Shown in pieces: positions 29,801 to 39,700 of a stretch of DNA of 64,000 nucleotides. Under the pieces are notes generated by a model. It had not been told where the DNA came from. It ran no database searches and saw only the letters and a program-made list of their open reading frames with translations. Within the stretch, counting starts at the first letter, position 1; each line of letters starts with the position of its first letter. Position numbers and translations under genes: made by a program. The DNA lies in the NCBI GenBank assembly GCA_964397195.1, contig CAYNGY010000001.1, positions 134,586 through 198,585 of the forward strand, in the 5' to 3' direction. Source of the DNA: an uncultured Gammaproteobacteria bacterium. GTDB lineage: Bacteria > Patescibacteriota > Patescibacteriia > SBBC01 > CAIJZX01.

Positions 29801-32486
29801 CATGGCTGTCCCGAGCGCCGATATCACGCCGATCAGTTCAACGCTACTCACGGCGGTCATCCGTCCGGATGGTTGTCATGATGCTGGATTTGCGGTCGAC
29901 AGCGCTCAGGTCAAAGAGTCGAGCGAGACCTCAACCTTCAGCGAATACGGCACGACCAATGTTGTCCATCTGAACGGTCAACGCCGTACGTGTGAGGCGG
30001 CCGATATTGGGTGCGAACGGTACACTCCAGTGGCGGGTGGCGCCGTGGTCAACGGTATTCTCGCCTCGGAAAATCTGTGCACCCGCGATCAGGTCGGCTG
30101 TCAACAATACGAGCGTCAACCGATTACCTCGGTTCCGTATCGTGACGCACGTCCGAATCAACCCGCAACGGGCGTTGATGTCACGATTGTCGCCGCCCAA
30201 GGAAAGCTCTGCTCGGCAGCGGAAGTCGGCTGTGAAGAATATACCAACCTCGACGCGGTCAAAGCCGGTGGCGAGGGGAAAGAGTATTACCAAACGGCGC
30301 GACAGTGTGTACCAACCACATCAACGGTGGCGAAAAAAACCTATTACACATGGATTGGTGATCCGGAAAAAGGATTTGTCCTGCAATCCCAGCAACTCGT
30401 GGTCTCGAATTTGAATGGTGGTCCATGTGCCCAGATGGGACTTGGTCGAAGTGATGGTACGCTACCGACCTGCCGCGATACGGCCGCTACAATCAATGCA
30501 GCCGCTTGTCTTCAGGGCGACCTCGCGTCTGACCCGGATTGTGCGGAGTTCTATGATTCCGATCTGAACGTCTACTACATGCATCGCTCGGCGACTGTCC
30601 CGGTCAGTGCCGACTGTCATCCGTATCGAAATACAATCGACAGCACCGAGCCAACGTGTCAGGCGGGTCTCTGCTCAAGCGGTGGCTTCGCTGGCCAAGC
30701 ATGCTCGGCTGACAACGACTGCCGCAACGGCGTCTACTACATGGCCAAGAAGCAAAACACCTCGTGTTCTGCTGCTGCCGCTGGCTGTCGCGAATTCATT
30801 GGGAATAGCGGCCGGGCCTCACGACAGATTTTCCAGGACACGATGGAGAAGTCGAGCCTCTCGAACTGGGTCGGTGGATCGTGGAGCGCATCTTCTCCAA
30901 ACGCTTCCGGTCACTCCATCCGTATCGATCCGCCAAATAGTTCCACCAAGGGCGTGGCCTTTACCGTTACCAGCGCCTTGAAGGGGAAGGTGGCGACTGG
31001 AAAATCGTATCTTCTGACTGTCACCGCCGCGGCGGCCACGCCGGGTGATGATATTCGGTTGCGAGCCTTCTTCGGTCGCGGGAACGATGTCAGCGGCTCG
31101 TTCGATGAGCTCGGGGGTGTCGCCTTCCAGCAAAATGCGGGTGCCCAGCTAGTGTGGAACGAATCCATTACGCCGGCCGGCCCCGAGTGGCATTCATACA
31201 CGCTTGGTCCGATTTCTCTTTCCAACGCGGTCGATCCGGACTGGCGCCTCGGCCTCGTGGTTGAGGGTGGCTCAGGGTATGTCGACAATGTGAAGCTGAC
31301 TGAGATTAATGATCGAACGTACGTCGTCAATAATTCTGCGCCGCTCTGTCCGGCTTCCGCCATTGGCTGTCAGGCTTACCGTGATCGCGCCGGGTCGTTA
31401 AACTACGCCACTTCATTCGCCCGACTCTGTAATGATAAAGTTGTCGGTTGTGAAGCGATGATTGACACACAAAACAGCACCACGCCGTTCGAGCAAACGG
31501 TCAAAGGTGTGACGACGCCGGCCGATCGAATCGTAACCGTAGTGAATGATAGCGCCAATTACTGCAACGCCAGCGCGAAAGCCTGTGAAATGGTGGGCGA
31601 GCCGGTCTATGGCCGCGATGACACCATTGCGAGTTTCAAAACCGTGTATAAGATCATTGATCCAGACCAATTCTCGACGGATCTGTGCTCAGCTGAAGCG
31701 GTGAGTTGTGAGGCGTATACGACACAAGAAGGGACAACCGTTTACTTCAAGGACCCACGCGGGCGGACCTGCGAGTACCGGAGTGGCGGTTCCATCACCG
31801 GCGGCTGGTTCATTACCGGTACCTCCTATCGGTGTCCAACAGTGACGCCGCCAACCGTCAGTCAACCAATTGGTGCATCATGTACACCGGTCTGTGCCGG
31901 CGGAACGCGGGACGGGAAAGCGTGCAAAACGGTTGGATCGTCAGCTGAGTGTCCGGGAAGCCCGGCGGGTGTTTGCACGGGGAATGCCGCTACGACCGGA
32001 AAGATAGTGGTCGATGGGAATCCCGTTGTCGGTTCGTGTACGACTGATACGCAGTGTGGAACGAACAAGTGTCGATACTTGGTTGGGGTGTGTCCGAGCA
32101 CCGAAAACGGATGCACGGAATACCGTGACCCGACCGAGCCCGTGAATTGTCGTGCTGAATGTCCACTTGAGTTGATGGGCGGTACTCCATTGTATGTCGA
32201 CGCGAGCTGTACGAAAACGGTTTGCGCGAGCTCGGACCCGGCCAACAAGCGGATCGGTCAAAACTGCCAAACCAGTGATCAGTGTACATATGCCGGTATC
32301 CCGGGAACGTGTGTCGGAGCTGATAATAATGTGACGACCGGGGCGCCGGGCTGTCGCGCCTATACCTTAATTCGGCAATCGGTTGAAGACACCGCCAGCG
32401 ATTGTAATGGTCAGATTAATACCGCCACCGGCTGCCGGCCGTTCTATGATACGTCGAATTCGTCCCTTAACTTCCGCGGCCAATGA
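26838..32486 (+). CDS. Giant secreted Cys-rich protein (1882 aa) with C-x6-C-x2-Y/F repeats and two CBM-like jelly-roll domains
   Basis: Signal peptide; about 12 C-x5-[GSA]-C-x2-[YF] motifs; NFLQNGGFE (CenC/CBM4-like start). Confidence 0.85.
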   Translation: MTKTRRVLRKPVIAFIVGVIALSSFNAQPVRALFFIPEVTFSTTVQDIPRSVSEAVTKATDAVKARVKDSIAIAFKQAARQFLGNAVQQMALSLATTQPGQLPLFLQSPRTYLRDVADAAAGDFIDGFTKGVTGSSQCTSPDPVVRQRCLEQTGTTGGSDPTSGQRGRFIISRLLRAGSDATYQACLQGAQEKHGIGDAKKLTLTSVPTNSITSLEDMDRWGKYTNDYQRGVALLLSFKKYYLDVAIASGDREINCMHVAPRPDVSTDLQWDIAPEACVDSPCMVTPTECLAHVQDAINYNIAASQKEEQDARTQCKTGLGGDVRNYVTQATATDVFAAADNFDIRTSPKLISARFQNNSDISQYFQAAALLTSSVQSKLTGEDTYLNSGLLPRTSRVGDKTLAPKEAASALFGIPFYNNNGELTYTGTGAADIIRGLASFVNSPVGKALFTYFRSQCGLNPNACKGPTNTQSEIGRMLFGTGGATGIAAAQVQYASIGQTDTITGSPGKNDIDILGQLTSSGIIDQALRTAVDEGLTVQEALDRNLLSKKKIVGFDRNGIEPTNGYPYRTLQYLRKYRIISVGWELAAKYAYQFASNELTLDTLTKQYSLCAQDTAHKVCSDSLVACTDSSQCNQDDGETCGASPYCGLVDPNWVLKAPQTFCRRQGAGEEIVTKEFVCDVNNVDKTTGDVIPTGTVCDDGTNANAVCHDTAAPNCVENEDNNQFPDIGRWVISRNTDTCADSQSCLAEDEDGTCLAYGYCVQERQTFKFGGTSCEAQNISCTSYTDSSGAAVSYLAKNLDTNCNADDVGCQWYCAKPSYNDTNKQWQCTATTGTKVHLTAKADDCKAGDAGCRQFIRLTPGTNFLQNGGFEYYNGNRIDVDPATFNGWTAPVARLTPITSTDSDNTVGNTVAARAQFTLASDTIRQTVNIGASPNGRVFTFSLRAQAATSCSAEITLCTGSDCQTSAVHPSATFTATPSWETYAVTMAVPSADITPISSTLLTAVIRPDGCHDAGFAVDSAQVKESSETSTFSEYGTTNVVHLNGQRRTCEAADIGCERYTPVAGGAVVNGILASENLCTRDQVGCQQYERQPITSVPYRDARPNQPATGVDVTIVAAQGKLCSAAEVGCEEYTNLDAVKAGGEGKEYYQTARQCVPTTSTVAKKTYYTWIGDPEKGFVLQSQQLVVSNLNGGPCAQMGLGRSDGTLPTCRDTAATINAAACLQGDLASDPDCAEFYDSDLNVYYMHRSATVPVSADCHPYRNTIDSTEPTCQAGLCSSGGFAGQACSADNDCRNGVYYMAKKQNTSCSAAAAGCREFIGNSGRASRQIFQDTMEKSSLSNWVGGSWSASSPNASGHSIRIDPPNSSTKGVAFTVTSALKGKVATGKSYLLTVTAAAATPGDDIRLRAFFGRGNDVSGSFDELGGVAFQQNAGAQLVWNESITPAGPEWHSYTLGPISLSNAVDPDWRLGLVVEGGSGYVDNVKLTEINDRTYVVNNSAPLCPASAIGCQAYRDRAGSLNYATSFARLCNDKVVGCEAMIDTQNSTTPFEQTVKGVTTPADRIVTVVNDSANYCNASAKACEMVGEPVYGRDDTIASFKTVYKIIDPDQFSTDLCSAEAVSCEAYTTQEGTTVYFKDPRGRTCEYRSGGSITGGWFITGTSYRCPTVTPPTVSQPIGASCTPVCAGGTRDGKACKTVGSSAECPGSPAGVCTGNAATTGKIVVDGNPVVGSCTTDTQCGTNKCRYLVGVCPSTENGCTEYRDPTEPVNCRAECPLELMGGTPLYVDASCTKTVCASSDPANKRIGQNCQTSDQCTYAGIPGTCVGADNNVTTGAPGCRAYTLIRQSVEDTASDCNGQINTATGCRPFYDTSNSSLNFRGQ

Positions 32487-35400
32487 TGACCTCGCGCCGC
32501 CATTTGCAACAGCGATTAGCGCTCGGTTTCGGCGGGATCATTTTTGGGGCCCTGGTGGCTACTATGCTCACCCAACACGCCATTGCCGCCAGTGCCTTAG
32601 CAGTCTGTCTCGGACCACAAACTCGTGGGAATGGTGAGGACTGTTTAACGGGGTTAGTCTGTGTTGGCGGAGTGAATCTCGGCGAGTGCACCGATTTTGT
32701 GACCACCGTGACCAACTCGGTGTCGGGGGTAAACTCGATCCAAGTTACGATCAACGCGAATGCTGAGGTGCCCCCGAGTTTCTCATCCTCGTATTGTCTG
32801 GGTACCACCACATCGTGTGGGACGCCGACAACCAAACCGACATTGTGGAGTGCACCGATCAATGGTGTTGGTGGTCGGACCTTGACGATCAACGGTCTTC
32901 GTCCGGGGCGAGCCGTTAACCTCTCATTTACTGGTGTATTCCAATCAACGACCAGCATCATCGACTATTCTAGCTACACTATCCCGGGGTTAAAACCAAC
33001 GGGTGTCAACGTGACGAACCTTGCCTCAGGGTCACCGACCCTCGCCTGGACAACGCAAACGCCGGGAACCACACAGGTCACTTATTCCGAGAGCGCTCCG
33101 GCGTGGACGAATGAGAGCCTAACCCTGCCAAGTTCGGAGACAATGATGGCCATGACCGCGCTCCCGAACCGTTCGGCGTGGGCAGTGACCAACAACGGGA
33201 AAGTGTTTGGAACAACGGGTACCACCTGGAGCGCCGCTCAATATACGGATTCGGCCTCTCGCGTTATCCGTGGCGTGGATGCGGCGAGCCAAAACTGGGT
33301 CTGGGCCGTCGGCGAGCTGGGCGGCACGCCAGCCCGGCCGATTATTCTGCAAAGTACGAACGGTACGAGTTGGACGAGTATCACACCTTCTATTTCTATT
33401 GCGAACCACCTCTACGCGGTTTCAACGCCGACGACAAACTCCGTCTGGATGGCTGGTGACGGTCAAAAAGTCTACGCCTTACAAAATGGTGTTTGGTCGG
33501 ATAAAACGCCAAACAACCTAGCGTCATCACAGCACTTCTTTGCAATTCTGGCTTTGAATAACCTTGATGTTTGGGCGGCCGGGAGCGGCGGCCAAGTGGC
33601 GCATACCACCGATGGCGGTGCGACATGGAATTATACGACCCTGCCAAACGGAAGCGGCGTCGGGGTAGCCTCGCTCGCCTCGGTTGATGGGAAAACCATT
33701 TGGGCCGGCGGATCGAGTGGCCACCTCTGGAAGTATCCAGTCAGTCCCACGAATCTGACCTGGCAGCAAGTCAGTTTACCGTCCGCCTCGAATATCGTGA
33801 ACGTTGCCCTCTCGGCTCCTGATGATGTCTGGTTTAGCCAGGGTGGCTTCGTGGTTCATATCCCATCCGGCTCAAGTACGCCGGTGTACGATCCGCAACC
33901 AGCGAGTGCGCTCGGTGACTCGTTGATACAGGCGGTGGCGCCGATTAGTGCCACGCGTGTTTATGCGGCCACGAATAACCACACGGCTCTCTACGGCCTG
34001 ACGGGGACTACCATCCCAGACTCCTTATCGACGACGACGCATGCCATAAGTATTCCGTCGACGTCGCTGGTCCGGAATCAATTGTATTATGCTGCCCTCG
34101 AATCGTGGAACTCTGGGTATGTGACCGGGGCTTTTACGACGTTCTTGACGCCGTTACCGGATACTGAGCCGCCAACAATCACGTTTACCTCTCCCGCGAG
34201 CGGCGATACAGTCTATACGCACGGCACGGGCGCTGATACACAATATCTCGTTCGCGGGACAATCGCTGATAATATCTCACTGCAAGACATGTGGATGTGT
34301 GATCCGTTTGTATCATGTTGGCCGCGGCCGGATGCATATCATTTAACGAATATTGCGCCGAGCCTCCCAATCTCAGGAACAAATGTGAACGCCATATGGA
34401 ATCAGACGGTGGTCGCAAATTCGGCGACCGGCAGCAAAGACGAAGAATTCAGAGTTTTTGATGGACAGAATTACGCTACCAAAACCCTTCATGTCATATA
34501 CGATGGCACGGCACCCGCCGTAGACTTCAGTCCCGAGTCTTGGGCCTATCTTGGATCATTCGGCACCGTTCGCGTCAGTAGTTTACCGTTTACCGTCACC
34601 GGAACTGTGTCGGACACGAACCCAATTACCCGTTTAGAATATCAGTTGAATGGCGGGGCGGCGCAGTCGTTGACCATCCCGACGCTGCCGGCCACGAACT
34701 GGAGCATCACCTTCCCGGTGAACTCATTGATCGCGGGGGATGCGGGGAATGAAATCATCGTTCGGGCTTTTGATGCCGCCGGAAATGTCGGCGTATCGAA
34801 TGCAGGGTATCTCTATTACGATGCACCAACATTCACCCTCTCGGCGAACCCGTCTACTGTGCAACGCGCGCCACAAGGTCAGTCGGTCACATATACTGTT
34901 GATGTGCACCCGCTCTACGGTTTTAATCAGCCCGTTACATTTACCTCGAATAACGCCAACGGCCTAGTGGCAACGTTTTCACCAAGTACCATAACTAGTC
35001 CGTATACCGGTGGGGTGACGATGACGGTGGCAACTTCCGCGGCCGCTCCGACGGCCGGCACATATCGTCTGACGGCCACGGGCACCGGCGACGGTCAATC
35101 AGCCGATGTGGCTGTCGATATTGGGGTTGATGTCGCGCGAAACTACACGCTCTCGGCCGCTCCAAATAGTCCGCTACCGAATCTTATCGCTGGGAACACC
35201 GGGTCATATGCGTTGACGATGAAAGCGAATGAATCATTTGCCGGTACGGTTGCTTTAAGTGTGACCGGGTTGCCGTCTGGGGTCACATCTCGCTTTATCC
35301 GTGGTGGCGTCGCGGTCACCACCGCCACATTTGCCGCCAACGAACTCATTGACGATGTGGCACTCGAAGTCACGGCCGCCGCGAGTGCTCCAGCCGCTAC

Positions 35401-36742
35401 GGCCGCTCTCGTGATTCGCGGGGTGACGCCGGGCCTAACCGATCGAACGGCGAATGTAACGCTCGTCCTCTCCGCGCAACCCGACTTTGATTTGACAATC
35501 ACGCCGCCCGCTCAAAATCTAACCGCCGGTGGTGCGGATACGTTTTTTGAGGCGACGTTAAGCAGTATCAACAACTTTAGCGGACAGGTCAGCGTCGGAT
35601 ACTCGGTGAATAATGAAACCGGGATTGTTATTCCGCAACCACAGCAGTTCAACGTCAGTCCAACGAGTTCGCCGACCTTCCAAATTCATGTTCAAGCATT
35701 GAATACGGCTCGGACCGGTGTCTACCCGCTCATCATCACGACTAGCCAACTTCCACTCACCCACGAAACACGAGTGAACCTGAATGTCACCGGTGATACA
35801 ACCAACCCGGTGATCACAAACATTCAGGCCATGCCCGGTTGGGACTCTGTCACCATTTCATGGGACGTGAATGAGCCGGCCGATGGTTCGGCGATTGTCG
35901 GGGGAATTGGCGCTCTCGGTTCGGCTGCCTGCGCCACGATGCCATGTCACCACTCTATCAACTTCCCGTCGGGACTATCACCGAGCACAACCTATTCGTA
36001 CTCGGTCGTCTCGCATGACATTTCACCGCAGCGGAACACAACGACGGTTTCAACCAAATCAGATGGCACGCCACTCCAATTCACGACCGCGGCCGCACCG
36101 GATGCAGTTCCGCCGAGACTAGAGTCAGTCGATAACCCGGCGGCGGCGATCGACCCGCCAGTCATCATTGGTTCAATTACCATGACTGGTTTGGCGACGG
36201 ACAATGTGGCCGTTACCCGCGTCCAGGCAAAAATTATTTCGTTGTCTAATCCGGCCTACACCGTCGTCCGCACCCAAGATTGTAATACGACGTCGTGTGC
36301 CTTCGCCATCCAGTGGGTGACTGACCGGAACACACCGAATGGTCTCTACACCATCGAATTCCAAGCCTTCGACAGTGACAATGCAAGCAACATCGTGACC
36401 CGACAAGTCGATGTTGAAAATGACTTTAATGCTCCCGAAATCTTTAACGGACCCAATATTGAGGTCGCCCCAACCTGCGGCACAGGCGAATGCTATGCCA
36501 TAATCACCTGGCAGACGAACTCGTTAGCGACCTCGCAGATTGATTACGGGGCCTCGGCCTCATGTTCAGTAGATGACGGTACCTGTTTATATCCACTCGG
36601 TCCGGTCTACGATGACGCGGCGAGCACCAATCCAAGCTATCGGACGCGGACCCACACCGTGACCCTCCGGAATCTTGAAGATCATCAGATCTATCACTAT
36701 CAGATTACCAGCTGTAATGGAAATAATATCTGTGCGTACTAA
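32483..36742 (+). CDS. Large surface protein: BNR/YCF48-like propeller plus Ig-like and FN3-like domains
   Basis: N-terminal signal/TM; S.NGTSW, HTTDGGATW and vWa.G repeats; DT.PP.I Ig starts; H.V.L..L...YHYQI.S. Confidence 0.85.
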   Translation: MMTSRRHLQQRLALGFGGIIFGALVATMLTQHAIAASALAVCLGPQTRGNGEDCLTGLVCVGGVNLGECTDFVTTVTNSVSGVNSIQVTINANAEVPPSFSSSYCLGTTTSCGTPTTKPTLWSAPINGVGGRTLTINGLRPGRAVNLSFTGVFQSTTSIIDYSSYTIPGLKPTGVNVTNLASGSPTLAWTTQTPGTTQVTYSESAPAWTNESLTLPSSETMMAMTALPNRSAWAVTNNGKVFGTTGTTWSAAQYTDSASRVIRGVDAASQNWVWAVGELGGTPARPIILQSTNGTSWTSITPSISIANHLYAVSTPTTNSVWMAGDGQKVYALQNGVWSDKTPNNLASSQHFFAILALNNLDVWAAGSGGQVAHTTDGGATWNYTTLPNGSGVGVASLASVDGKTIWAGGSSGHLWKYPVSPTNLTWQQVSLPSASNIVNVALSAPDDVWFSQGGFVVHIPSGSSTPVYDPQPASALGDSLIQAVAPISATRVYAATNNHTALYGLTGTTIPDSLSTTTHAISIPSTSLVRNQLYYAALESWNSGYVTGAFTTFLTPLPDTEPPTITFTSPASGDTVYTHGTGADTQYLVRGTIADNISLQDMWMCDPFVSCWPRPDAYHLTNIAPSLPISGTNVNAIWNQTVVANSATGSKDEEFRVFDGQNYATKTLHVIYDGTAPAVDFSPESWAYLGSFGTVRVSSLPFTVTGTVSDTNPITRLEYQLNGGAAQSLTIPTLPATNWSITFPVNSLIAGDAGNEIIVRAFDAAGNVGVSNAGYLYYDAPTFTLSANPSTVQRAPQGQSVTYTVDVHPLYGFNQPVTFTSNNANGLVATFSPSTITSPYTGGVTMTVATSAAAPTAGTYRLTATGTGDGQSADVAVDIGVDVARNYTLSAAPNSPLPNLIAGNTGSYALTMKANESFAGTVALSVTGLPSGVTSRFIRGGVAVTTATFAANELIDDVALEVTAAASAPAATAALVIRGVTPGLTDRTANVTLVLSAQPDFDLTITPPAQNLTAGGADTFFEATLSSINNFSGQVSVGYSVNNETGIVIPQPQQFNVSPTSSPTFQIHVQALNTARTGVYPLIITTSQLPLTHETRVNLNVTGDTTNPVITNIQAMPGWDSVTISWDVNEPADGSAIVGGIGALGSAACATMPCHHSINFPSGLSPSTTYSYSVVSHDISPQRNTTTVSTKSDGTPLQFTTAAAPDAVPPRLESVDNPAAAIDPPVIIGSITMTGLATDNVAVTRVQAKIISLSNPAYTVVRTQDCNTTSCAFAIQWVTDRNTPNGLYTIEFQAFDSDNASNIVTRQVDVENDFNAPEIFNGPNIEVAPTCGTGECYAIITWQTNSLATSQIDYGASASCSVDDGTCLYPLGPVYDDAASTNPSYRTRTHTVTLRNLEDHQIYHYQITSCNGNNICAY

Positions 36743-36749
36743 CTCGCTC

Positions 36750-39700
36750 ATGACCAACGCCCTGCGCCATCTCCGATCGGTAACCTTCCTGCTTACAGCG
36801 GTTGTCCTGAGCTTGACGATCTCATCAGGAGCGCAGCCAACGATTGCTCAAACGACCAGCGTGAAAATCACATCTATCTCGGTGACCGGCTGGACCGCTC
36901 ACACGGCATCAATTTCATTTTCAGCGAATACGACGGAGGATTTTGAAGCCCAGCTCGACTACGGGCCAACCAAAAACTATGGCCTCACCTACCCGGAAGG
37001 GAATTATTCGCGAGTGACAAGCGGACATCGGTTTGACCTCGCTGGCCTCGATGCGGGTACGACCTATCATTTCCGGCTTCGGGTACGACCGCTCAATGGC
37101 GTTAACCCGACCGATACGAGCGCGGATCGGACATTTACGACGCGATCATCGGATCAACCGACAACGCCGGTGGTAACGTTAATGAACGTTGAGTGTACGA
37201 ATGACGCCTGTACGGTTCAATTTTCAACCGCCACCGAAGCCAATGTAAAAATTGGTTGGGGGACAGAATTGCGTAATCCAGTTCTTGCCTCTGCGCTGTG
37301 TGATGAAGCGGGTGGCGGGTATCCAAACTGCGCCGGGGAAACACCCGATCAGTACCGAGCAACGGTGCGCACATTGCGTATGACTGGGTTGACGGCTTCG
37401 ACCGAATACCACTTCCGATTAGCCGCTACCAACCAGGCCGGGTTTGCCTCGATGTCGGGTGCGGCCGGATCGGATTCGACAGTGACCACCGCCGCGAGTA
37501 GTCGTGACCGAACCTTTAGTACCGGAAATTGTACCGGGATTGATAATCGATCGTATCCGATTGGGTCGTGTATGCCGGGAGGCGAGTATTGCAGTCCAAC
37601 GGGTGTTGATCGGCATTGTACAAATAGATGCGGCGCGAGCTGTGCGGCTGGTGAAACCTGTAATATTGCCGGTGGGGAGTGTGTCCAAGATCCGGCCTTA
37701 ACGAATTCGCCCTACCAGTGCAATAAGCCGGCCTGTTACAACAATGGAAACTTCATCTCGCCGGCCTCCGCCGGGTGCTACGCGACATGGCCAAAGTGTA
37801 GCGCCAACACGATCCTGAAGGTGCAGAAAGATCGTGGGTGTAATGTCTGGCTAACCTGCAGCACGAGTATTCAAACGGTTGCCTCAAAAACCGCTCCGGC
37901 CGAGACATTGTGTTTATCGCTGGCGGCCTGTAACCAACTGGGCAAAAACGGATCCTGTACGCATTATTTGCCGCAAGGTCAATGTGATAACGACCCGCTC
38001 CGTTTTTGCGGAAATGATACCGATTGTCTTGCGGGAGGGTCGTGCGTGATTGCCGCGACGAGCGCCAGTCAAAATCCGAGCCTGCAAGACCTCACCTTCA
38101 GATCACCACAGGAAGTATCGACTATCGCGAATTTGTCGGGAAATGTTATTGCCGGGCTCGACTGGACGCAGCAAGGCGGAAATCGGATCATTCAGGGGCA
38201 ACTGCCATGGCAACTGATGCGCCAAATTGGTGGGAACGTCTCACTCCGAAATACGGATTTTGAAACAAACCCGCCGAACCCGTCGCCATGGATTGGAGTG
38301 CCAGTTTCACAGACGCCAATGAGTGCGCTCCAGGTTGAATTTGAAGACAAGGACGTCAGCATCAACCACGTCTTAAAAGTCTCACCGGTAACTCAAGCCG
38401 GGTCTGCCGGTCGATCGTGCGCTGACCCGATCAATCAACAAAATCCAAATATTGGCAAAGCCTGTACCGGCGAGGCAGATGAAACGACCTGTCTGACGAG
38501 CGCATCGACCTGTAACGGACACTTCTTCTGTGCCGCACAAACATCACGATCATGTGTTGTCGATGGAGATTGCCAAGATGCCGACCACCCGACTGATACC
38601 TGTAACACCGGCGGGTATACACTGACTGGTATTAGTTGTACTGAACATGCCGAAACGGCAACGCCGGATTCTGATTGTACCACCCAGTTTGGAGTTGGCC
38701 ACTGTTCTGATAATGCCGCCGTTACCTGCCGCGTGGCCGGTGATTGCGCGGACCCGGCTGCCACGTGTGACGGGTTAAGTAGCAATACTAGTTTCCCGAA
38801 CGCGACCTGTGATCAACGTTCTACTGGGATTTGCTCGAACGAATCATTTGCGGTCGCTCGCGTTCGATTCTCCGGCGCCGCCAGCGGTGAATTCCAGACT
38901 CAGCCAACCGAATACTATTACGCGGAAGCGAGAATTCGCGCTGAATCGGGTGACCCGCTTGTTCGATTCGAACTCGGACATGATGGGTTTACGAAGTTTG
39001 ATGCGACTGATCCGGATACGCGAATCAATAAAAAGACCTATATTGATGTCGTCGCGACGAGCGCTTGGCAGACGGTGAGTATCGGTCCAATTCGTGGACT
39101 TTCCGGCGGAACGCGCGTGGCCGCTGTTTGTGCGGACGCCTCCCAATGCAGTACGTTCTATATTGATGATATTCAGGTCAAGCCGGTTCTCCAGACGACA
39201 ACCAATCCGGACTATGTAACGCCGTCATGTCGTCTCTATCCGAAAGAGGATTCCCCGTCCTGTGACTACACCGATACGTCGGGCGTAACCTACAAGGGCT
39301 GGAAAGGCTACTGTCTGGAGAATGATAGTGTCTCTGGGTCGTGCTTATCGTGGTGGCCGGTTGATATTATTCGCGGGGAGTCGAGTGTCTTTGGCTCCGA
39401 TAAAGTGGCCGGGTATCAAGACCGTACGCCGCTGTATTACTGCGCTGAAGCGGCGGGCTGGAATGGTCGTAACGATTTTAGCTCACAGGCCTATACAGTT
39501 GCCGTTGCCCATAATGCTTCAAATGCTAACGGAAACTGCGAACGCGGCGCGTCGGGATCTTGGACGGTCTCGTCATGCAGTACGAATGGTGGAGCCTGGT
39601 CAACGTACACCATTACACCAAACGATAAGGACTACGGCTTAACTGAAGATCAGATCACCACCGCGACGTGGGATCCAAAGGGCGGGTCGCCAATGGATTG

